Shown here piece after piece: positions 8,468-16,700 of a stretch of 54,699 bases of DNA. The stretch lies in contig CBDCCZ010000024.1 of the NCBI GenBank assembly GCA_965215005.1, forward strand, positions 1 through 54,699, in the 5' to 3' direction. The stretch is from Kofleriaceae bacterium. Its GTDB lineage: Bacteria > Myxococcota_A > Polyangia > Haliangiales > Haliangiaceae. Both the position numbers and the translations under genes were made by a program. The stretch's first letter is position 1, and every line of letters starts with the position of its first letter. Below the pieces are notes generated by a model. It was not told the origin of the DNA. It saw only the letters and a list, made by a program, of their open reading frames with translations, and made no database searches.

Positions 8468-9998
8468 ATGGAAATCGTCTCCTTCACGTCCACGAGCACT
8501 GGGGCAACCAACGGCGAGACGGTGACGCCCTCGTCAGCGGGTCGGCGAGCGACTTTGGCGCTCGCCGTCAGCTTGCCGTTCGCCGGCGGCATGGTCGGGC
8601 GCTGGGAGCTTGCATCGGTCGAGACGTCGTCGGGCGCGGGCGCGAGCTGGAGGCGCAGCGCTCGTTCGGGGGTAAGCCATGGTTGCGAATCGCGGTGCCC
8701 GACCGGCTGATGTCGTCGACGCATGTGGTCGTCCGGTTGGTGCGTGACAGTTGGACGCTCGAGGACTGCGGGTCGAAGAACGGGACGTATGTCAATGGGC
8801 GTCGGCTGCAGCGGGTGGAGCTGCGCGATGGAGACATCGTCGAGCTCGGGCATTCGTTCTTCGTGTTTCGTGAGGGCAGCGGTGGGGACTTGGAGCGGCC
8901 GCTTGATGCGTACGCGCCGTTCATGACGTTGAACGCGGCGTCGGAGCGGGTGTTCGAGCGACTGCGGGCGGTGGCGAACACCGACGCGCCCGTGGCTTGA
9001 TGGGCGAGGTGGGCTCCGGGAAGGAAGTGGCAGCGCGGGCGATACACGAGCTCTCGGGGCGGCAGGGGCCGTTCGTGCCGCTGAACTGTGGCGCGATTCT
9101 AGAATCGCTCGTCGAGAGCGAGCTCTTTGGCACGCGTCGCGGCGCATTCTCCGGAGCCAGGGACCGGCATGGGCTTGTGCGGAGGGCGCATCGCGGCACG
9201 CTTCTCCTGGACGAAGTGGCGGACATGCCGTTGATCTCGCAGGTGTCGTTGCTCCGCGTGCTGCAGGAACGCGAGGTGCTGGCAGTGGGCGCCGCACAGC
9301 CGGAGACGGTAGATGTCCGTTTCATCGCCGCGACGCATCGGGACTTGCAGCGCGAGGTGGAGGAAGGCCGGTTTCGCGAGGATCTGCTGAGCCGGCTCAC
9401 CGGGATGACGGTGACGATGGTGCCGCTACGAGAGCGGCGGGAGGATATCGGGCTGCTCTTGAAACAGCTGATTCCTCGCGTGAGCCGCGAAGTGGGGATG
9501 GGAGCCGAGCAGGTCCGCGAGCTCGCGCCGCAGCGGAAGGCGGTCTGCGCGCTGCTTCTGCACGACTGGCCGCAGAATGTCCGCGAGCTAGAGCAAGCGC
9601 TGCGGGCCGGTCTAGCGTTCGCGCGCAAGACGGGGGAGCTGCAGTTGCGGCACTTGCCCGATGCGATTCAGCGAAGTCTCGATGACCCGGTCCGAGTCGA
9701 TGAGGGGTCCGGCGCAGAAATCGGTCTCCGGAATCCGAAGGCGCTGCGTTGACTATTGGTGGACCGTCTGCAGGAGCACCAGGGTAACGTCTCGGCGGTC
9801 GCCGATTCACTTCAGAAGCAGCGCCGCCTGGTGCATCGGTGGTTGGATCGGTTGGACGTTGACTCAGCCGCCTTTCGCAAGGAGGCGCTTCCGCTACGAC
9901 GGCTGCCGCGCATCAGCGAAAACGCCGTCGTAGCTGCATGCGCGGACTGCCACGGAGGGCCGCTGATCCAGCATGCAAAGCGGCAGAATGTGGCATGA
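8468..9998 (+). pseudogene. FHA-domain sigma54-dependent enhancer-binding protein (FHA-AAA+-HTH), disrupted
   Basis: FHA motifs (GR, MSSTH, DCGSKNGTYVNG), Walker [15 protein letters not shown]...[28 protein letters not shown] and Fis-type HTH GNVSAVA. Frameshifts near 8625 and 8997, plus an in-frame TGA at 9750-9752. Confidence 0.85.
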
Positions 9999-10076
9999 GT
10001 GCCGCGTTGATCTGCGGAGGACGGGCCTGCTGATACGTTCGCTTGGCGCGGCTGTTGCCTGCGCCAACCGCTAATA

Positions 10077-10125
10077 CGTAACTGATTCGCGGTTACGGGT
10101 TACGTCACTAGAGACGTAACTTTTG
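10077..10125. promoter_or_regulatory. Second cluster of GTAAC/GTTAC half-sites
   Basis: CGTAACTGA (10077), GGTTACG twice (10091, 10098) and CGTAACTTTTG (10115); GTAACTTTTG is identical to the motif at 8350. Confidence 0.5.
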
Positions 10126-10188
10126 CCAGATTCCTGGCCTTCGGCGATTTCGTTGCTGCAAGCCGTTAGAATTCCACGGTCTCGCGGC

Positions 10189-10204
10189 AGGCACGGCCTT
10201 CGCA
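10189..10204 (+). promoter_or_regulatory. sigma54 (-24/-12) promoter
   Basis: AGGCACGGCCTTCGCA, GG-N10-GC; first 9 nt identical to the 8440 promoter. Confidence 0.55.
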
Positions 10205-10245
10205 CATAGGGGGGGCAGCGGCCGCTAGGTTCGTGCAAGGAGCTG

Positions 10246-10548
10246 TTGGATGAGGGAGAAGCATGCAGCGCGGCGGAAGATCGTTCCGCTCGCGCTGGTC
10301 GTCGGGCTTGCTTGGCTCGAAGTTGGATGGCGTGGGCGGATTCGCGGGATGGAACGCCGCTGCCCCGGGCGGTGGACGCCGCGGCGTTGGCGGCGTTGTA
10401 CGCCTCGTTAGGGGTGCCGGCGCCGTCCGCCGGTTTTGCGGCGGACGAGGCCGTGAGTTGTCTTGCCGAATCGATCGCCTGGTCGCTTGGCGAGGACGAT
10501 GGCGAAGATCTGGGTGAGGATGTCAACCGGATCTGCATGGCGCGCTGA
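10246..10548 (+). CDS. Hypothetical protein
   Basis: 100-aa ORF directly downstream of the putative sigma54 promoter; acidic C-terminus; no recognised domain. Confidence 0.3.
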   Translation: MDEGEACSAAEDRSARAGRRACLARSWMAWADSRDGTPLPRAVDAAALAALYASLGVPAPSAGFAADEAVSCLAESIAWSLGEDDGEDLGEDVNRICMAR

Positions 10549-11157
10549 GCGTCCCCTTCATTGCCAGAGCGAGAGCCTATGCGGCTGCGAGGAGTACAAC
10601 GAGTGCCGCTCGGGACGGCGCTATGTGGATATATGCGTGGTGTCGGGCGAGGAGGGCTGCGATCACGTCGAGCTCTTCCGCCGGAACGTGACCGGAACGG
10701 CGCAGACGCGTGCGGGCAGAGGAGCGTTACAAGAACGACGCGAACGACGCGGCCAATGCCGCGGCCCAGGGCGGCGCAACCGATGTGCACTGGTGGCGGG
10801 CGACCTCGTCGAGCCATAACTTCATCTGCCGGGCACAATACGTGGCCGCGGAACCCCGGATTGGGAAGCTCGCCGAATGCGGGTGCGCGCAGGCGAAGGT
10901 CTGCGCGTGCGAGTAGGAGGGCATCGCCTCGGACGGCTCTGACACAGGAGCTTGGTGAGGAGGAGCTCGAGGCTCAGACCGACGGAGGGGATGCCCTCAG
11001 GGCGATTCAGTCGCGAGTCGATGCAGGATGTGCCGTTCACGGATGCCTTGGGACGGTTCATTGCGCTGCGAGATGCTGCAACCGAATCCCCCGTAAGTGC
11101 CCGACGAACCCCGGGTGGCGGCGGGCGGAAATACGTGGTTGACCGGCGATCCGGTCG

Positions 11158-12729
11158 CTACGGTGCCGGCGGATCAGCGAGCCAGTTTTCCGGCAGCAGC
11201 TCATCCAGGCGTGACATCATCCAGCCGGACGACAGCTTGACGAGGACGTCGCGCACGTACGCATGCAGGTCGAGTCCTTCACGCGCGGCGGTCTCCAGGA
11301 CGGTCAGGATGATGGATGCGCGCTGCCCGCCGGTGTCGGCGCCAGCGAAGAGCCAATTCTTGCGACCGATCGCCGGTCCGCGAATGATGCGCTCGACATC
11401 GCCGTTGTCGAGCTCGAGGGCGCCGTCCTTTTCGACAACGCGCAGAATGTCCCAGTGGTTCAACGCGTAGGTGATCGCTTGCCCGAGACGCGACTTCGGC
11501 GGCACGGCATCGCGGTGCTCCTCGAGCCATGCTTCGAGCTGATCGAGCAGGGGGACGAGCTCGAGCTGCCGGCGGTCGTAACGCGCGTCGTGGCTGTCAT
11601 CGGCCTCGCGCGCGGCGCGCTCGATGGCGTACATGCCCCTAATGAGCTCGAGCGGCACGGCTGCGCGTGCGTCCTTGGCTTCGAACGCTTTGACGAAGTA
11701 GCGGCGTGCATGCATCCAACAGCCGACGAGCAAGATTGGCCGATCGCGAGCGATGGAGTCGTAGCCCTTGTAGCCGTCGACCTGCATCCACCCAATCCGC
11801 GATCCGAGAAATGTCTCGGCGGTCTTAGCATTCCAGTCCGGCGTGTACTTGAACGCGATGTATTTGTGGTCGCCGACGAGCACCCAGAGATGTGCGCGCT
11901 TGATGCCCCGCTTCTTGCGGCGGTCCAGCACATCGATGCGGGTATCGTCGACCTGCAACGCGTGCGCGAGCATTGCCAGCTCGTAGATGCGGTTGGCGAT
12001 CGGCTCGAGTAAGAAAGCGACGGCGGCGACCCAATCGACGAGCGTATTTCGATGAAGCTCGACGCCCGAGCGCTGGTAGATCCGCGTCTGCCGCGCCAGC
12101 GGGCAGTGGTCCTTGTACTTGGAAACCACCACCTGCGTGAGCAATCCGGGACCGGCCAGGCCTTTGTCGATGACCTTTGCGGGGACCGGCGCGGTCACGA
12201 TCTCGCCGGCGGCGTTCGACCACGTCTCGCGCACGTAGACGAGCACCTTGAAGCGCGCGGGCTCGTACTCGAGCACTTCACTTCGCTCCTCACCGACTTT
12301 GGTCATCCCGACCCGATCTGTCAGCTGCTCCTCGGTAGGCGCGATGCGAACTTCTTCACGCGGCAGCTCGGCGGGCAGAGGACGGCGTCCATTGCCGTCT
12401 CCACGCTTGCGCGTCCGAGGCGGATCATCCGGGAGCATCGCATCAGGGGCGGGTGCATCCGCAGGCACCGATAGGTCTTGCCGCAGCTCGTCGAACGCTA
12501 GCCGCAGCTGGTTCGGATCGACCCGTTCGCTCGAGCGGCCATAGACCTTCTTGGTCAGCTCGACCACCTTCTGCGTGAGCAGAAGGTTCTCGGTCCGCGC
12601 TGCGCTGAGCACCGAGCGGACCGCGCCCAAAAGGATGTCTTTACGACCGGCGTCGAAGAGCTTGCCGAGCTCGGCAACGACCTCGTCGAGGTCCGAATCG
12701 CTGCGTGCGTCGCCTGCCACTCCTTCCAT
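11158..12729 (-). CDS. tnpC: IS66-family transposase TnpC
   Basis: YGRSSER, RRPLPAELPREE, VVSKYKDHCPLARQ, LQVDDT, QVDGYKGY, GCWMHARRYF, LDNGDVERIIR, GRKNWLFAG and LDELLPENW. Confidence 0.93.
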   Translation of the reverse strand: MEGVAGDARSDSDLDEVVAELGKLFDAGRKDILLGAVRSVLSAARTENLLLTQKVVELTKKVYGRSSERVDPNQLRLAFDELRQDLSVPADAPAPDAMLPDDPPRTRKRGDGNGRRPLPAELPREEVRIAPTEEQLTDRVGMTKVGEERSEVLEYEPARFKVLVYVRETWSNAAGEIVTAPVPAKVIDKGLAGPGLLTQVVVSKYKDHCPLARQTRIYQRSGVELHRNTLVDWVAAVAFLLEPIANRIYELAMLAHALQVDDTRIDVLDRRKKRGIKRAHLWVLVGDHKYIAFKYTPDWNAKTAETFLGSRIGWMQVDGYKGYDSIARDRPILLVGCWMHARRYFVKAFEAKDARAAVPLELIRGMYAIERAAREADDSHDARYDRRQLELVPLLDQLEAWLEEHRDAVPPKSRLGQAITYALNHWDILRVVEKDGALELDNGDVERIIRGPAIGRKNWLFAGADTGGQRASIILTVLETAAREGLDLHAYVRDVLVKLSSGWMMSRLDELLPENWLADPPAP

Positions 12730-12867
12730 TAGCCATGGCGATCCGCCGCAATCAAACCGTCCCGAAACCTATTTGCAGACTTTCTCTATTTCCACTGCGT
12801 CGATGGTTGCATCGGGGCAGCTTCAGTCCCTTGAGCTGGTTCTGCACGTTCGACGGCAAATTGGGCC

Positions 12868-12921
12868 GTAACCGCCCGACAGCCGCGCATCCCAGATAGG
12901 TGCGGGCTGTCGGGCGGTTAC
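12868..12921. repeat. 54-bp hairpin built from two inverted IS66-like ends
   Basis: GTAACCGCCCGACAGCC (12868-12884) and its exact reverse complement (12905-12921). Confidence 0.75.
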
Positions 12922-12954
12922 GAACGGATACGGCTTGGGCTCTCGCTAGGATAC

Positions 12955-13141
12955 GAAGAAGGAGCTGTTGAGCCCGGAGCTCCAGAGCCGCCGCGAGACC
13001 AGGCTCAGTATCGCCGCGTACATCGAGGACTACTACAACGTGCGGCGGCGTTACTCTTACCTCGACTACGCTACCCCGCTGGAATACGAGCTGCGTGCCG
13101 GGGAAGCAGTCGAGTCTGTCCACGGGATCGAGTCAACGCCA
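12955..13141 (+). mobile_element. IS3-family transposase C-terminal remnant with right end
   Basis: Plus frame KKELL...RRETRLSIAAYIEDYYNVRRRYSYLDYATPLEYE (integrase core end), then IS3-type terminus CTGTCCACGGGATCGAGTCAACGCCA. Confidence 0.75.
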
Positions 13142-13228
13142 TGACGTCCCTGCCGAATAAGGACAGCGCGCCGTCATCCGCCTCATCAATTCACTCGTGG
13201 TCGCGCAGAAGCAGCGCGCGAAGGTGGG

Positions 13229-13690
13229 CTAGCGGTCGGCGTCGTCGGGAGCGTAGGCAAAACTCACGTCGCCTTCCATGGTGAAACTCATGCACCATGA
13301 AGCGTCCGACGCGAGCACGTAACTGTGCTGCGGCATTGCTAGTATTCTTCGTAGACAGCTCCGCAATGCGTGTAACGGCATCTTCAAGGCAACGTCCATC
13401 GCACTATCACCAATAACCACCACCGACCGTTCACAATCGATCCCTTCAGCATTCCAAACTTCGTTCGCGAAGATTTCTGCTCGTTCGAAGTAGTTCTCTG
13501 AATCTGCTGTGTCGATGCTTTCTATGCGAGCCCCCGGCACACTTTCCCAGTCGATCTTCGAACCGTAGACCGGGAAGCGTTCTTGCAGCACGACGAAATA
13601 TTCGGCCGACGATGGTTGCACCTCCAATTGACTGCCTGCGCTTGAGAGTTTTCGCTGAAGTTCTTCAAGAAGCTCTTCTTCTGGACTCAT
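13229..13690 (-). CDS. Cognate immunity protein (CDI immunity-like), 153 aa
   Basis: Starts 17 nt after the toxin stop with RBS GAGGAGGG; small acidic protein MSPEEELLEEL...FPVYGSKIDWESVP...; position typical of polymorphic toxin immunity genes. Confidence 0.75.
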   Translation of the reverse strand: MSPEEELLEELQRKLSSAGSQLEVQPSSAEYFVVLQERFPVYGSKIDWESVPGARIESIDTADSENYFERAEIFANEVWNAEGIDCERSVVVIGDSAMDVALKMPLHALRSCLRRILAMPQHSYVLASDASWCMSFTMEGDVSFAYAPDDADR

Positions 13691-13707
13691 CGTTCCCTCC
13701 TCTTGTC

Positions 13708-16700
13708 TCAGCAGCCGAATTGCCGAACAATCGTGTTCACCGTCTTCTCGCTGCCCTTGAAGCGAAAGTGCGGCCCCTTCTGGCTGCCCTTCGGTGCGTT
13801 GTGGTCCCACACGTTGATGTGTGCACCACTTCGTCCGTCGAACTCCACGCGGAATCCGACGCGCCCATCGGCCGACGACATGCCGATGGGCTTTCCGGCA
13901 TTCGGACCGAATCGGCCCGCGACCTGTCGCTCGGCCTTGAAGCCGCGCGCCTGAAGCCACCCGAGTGCGGCGTTGCGCGCCTGGTTGAAGTCGCCGAAGC
14001 TCTCCGGCCCGCCGTTGTGCACCAGCACGCCCGACTCGCCGACGAAGTAGTTGTGGTCGTCCGCGACCTCGAAGTTGTGCACCTCAGTCAGGCCGTCACG
14101 TTCACCGACGCTTCGCACCTCCTCCGCTCGACCGTCGCGGAGGCGTACCATCATGCCGGGGCGGAGCTCGTCCGCTCGCAGCCATCGACGAGTCGTTTTC
14201 TCCCAGTACGGGTGACCGCTGGTTGATGCGATCGTCTCCCCGCTCAGCTCGACCTCAACCAGACGCTCCGTCCAACTCGTTGACGTGTCATCGACGCGGC
14301 GCACGACCACCTCGCCGATTGAATCATCGTAGGCCAGCACATCGTCGCCAGTCTCGACATCTTCGATGTCCACGAGCCCTTCAGGTGTGTGCACCTTGGT
14401 TCCGGCAGGAAAGCACCAAACTCGGCCTGCGCCCCTTCCGCTGTTCTTGCCGAAGAGTTTGTCGGCTTTTTTGCCGAGCCAGCGTCCGGCTTTGCCTGCC
14501 CATTTACCGAGGAATCGGCCGGTCCAGCCGGCGGCTTTGCCAATGAATCGACCGCCGGGGATGGGGACTAGACCGATGGTAGCGCCGATGGCGCCGGGGA
14601 GGTCTCCGGCGGCGACGGCTTGGCCGAGCTCGATGGCGGAGACGATGGTGCCGCCGACACCTGAGAGCGATGCGATGCCCTTGCCGAGTGCGAGGGCGGT
14701 CTCTCCGGTTGCGCGTGCGCCCGCGGACGCAAAGTTGATGGTGCCGGTGCCGTCTACGGGCTGCGAGAGATTGGCGACGTCGACCACTTCGGCTTCGACG
14801 AGTGTCTCTTGCGCGAAGGCCTCATCGGGCACTTCGGTTCCACCGCCAGTCTCGTGTTTGTCCGCTGAGGTGCCACTGGTACCGCTCGAGTCGGCGCTGT
14901 TGCCGGGAACGCCTTCATCTACTGGAGCGTCGTCGCCGTCCCCTTTCTTTGGGCCGGAGCTCTTGTTAGTGTTCGGCTTGTTATCAGGATTATAACTGCC
15001 CTTCCACTTGGAGTGGTGGGTATCTCGAATCCACTGACTGTTGCGCTCGGCGTTGGTCTTCTCGCCTTCGAACCCGGTCGGATCTACGAAGTAGAGCGGC
15101 CGGTTCATAACGTAGTTGTAGGCGTTGAGGTTCTGGCTCTCGGTCGGGTCCTGGATGACCGGGTCGGGTGTCAAGAAGCGCCGTGTGGCGAGGTCGAACA
15201 TGCGGCCCTGCATGTTGACCAGGCCGAGATCGTCATCGTGTTGATGGCCGGTGAAGCCGAGATGCTGATCGCCGCCGTAAGCGACAGTTCCGACGATGCC
15301 AGGGCTCGTAGAAGAGATGCGGTGACCGAACGGGCTAAAGTCGTAGCTCTCTATCTCGTTGCCCGCGGCGTCGGTCATGGTTCGAACCGACCCGAGGCTG
15401 TCGTGGAGCAGGTAGCTGACCTCGGCAGGCGCCGTCGGGGCGGTGTGCTCGATGCGGGCGACAGCACGGCCCTCGGCCATGATGAAGTAGGCGGTCGAGT
15501 CTGCATCGGGACCGCCTAGCTTGCGTTCCATGATGCCATCGAGCGTGATGTGTTGAGCGTAGTCGTTCGCCGCCATCGAGCGCTTCATGACGCGGCGGTC
15601 GAACGCGTCGTACTCGAAGTCGAAAACGTCGCCATCTTTGCGAATCTGTCGCGGCAGGTCGAATGAGTTGAAGCGGAGGGTTGTGCCGGCGATGCTGGTA
15701 ACGCGTCCGGCGCCGTCGAGCTGGACTGGTTGCCCATTGAAGGAGGTCATGCGATTGCTGGTGGAGGCGTACCGGGCGGTCATCTCGGGGACGGTGTCTG
15801 ATTCGATGGAGACGATGTTGCCAAGGACATCATAGTCGTAGGTCGTCACCCGAGCGGTGTCATCGAGGTCGGGTGTCCAGGTGTGCAGTCGGTATTGAAA
15901 GTCGTAGCCGAACTCTTCGACCCGACCGTCCGGGTTGATGCGAGACGTGAGATTCCCGACGTTGTCGTAACTATAGTCGAGCGACTGGACGACGTCGCCA
16001 GTGCCGTTCGTGGTGTTCTGAGCGTCGAGCCGACCGGTGTCGGAATTCCAGCTCCAGAAAGACTCCAGGTTAGAACCGAGCTGCTCCCGCACGCCGCGAC
16101 CTTCGGGATTGCGTTCTCGGAGCGTCCAGTACGGCATGCCGCTGGCGTCGTCGTGAATGGCGAGCAGATAACCGTGCTCGTTGAATCGTTGCTGAATGGT
16201 TAGAGGCGTGGGTGCTTCTGCTGTGGCCGGATAGGCAACCTTAGAGAGACGACCGAGTGCGTCGTAAGTGAAGCCTACTTGATACGACGTGCCGTCGATC
16301 TCCCAAGCCTTGCGAGTTGGCCGCGACAGCGCATCGTAGCTGAAGCGGGTCACGACACCGTCGGCGCTGCGCGCGGTGTCGAGCATGCCAATGCCATTTG
16401 GGGCTGTATCGAACGAGTACGACGACGTTCCCTCAGGCGCGGTTCTAGTGACGAGTCGATCCAATAGGTCGTAATCGTGCGCGACGGTGCCGGCGCCGGT
16501 CGTCATCGTCTTGATCCGACTGAAGCCATCGTAGGTGTATCCCGTGATGCCGCTGTCCGGGTCGGTCTGTTGTGTGACGCGGCCCAGCACGTCATAGGAG
16601 AAACTCCGCATCAACCCGCGTGGATCTTCGATTTCGCGTAGCTGATCGAAGGGGGCGTAGCGGTATTCGGTAGTCAGCGGACCGAGGATGCCCGGCTCGC

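Larger units (their letters stand above)
11093..12921 (-). mobile_element. IS66-family element (tnpC only; no tnpA/tnpB recognised)
   Basis: Ends GTAAGTGCCCGAC (11093) and GTAACCGCCCGAC (reverse strand from 12921) match the GTAA-type IS66 termini; no 8-bp target duplication seen. Confidence 0.65.

Noticed and set aside
13691..13960. N-terminal extension of the immunity ORF (243 aa)
   Set aside because: Overlaps the toxin tip in another frame; a strong RBS supports ATG at 13690.
14014..14415. Selfish protein-splicing intein
   Set aside because: HN is followed by Gly rather than Cys/Ser/Thr, there is no homing endonuclease, and the position before the toxin tip fits a pretoxin HINT.
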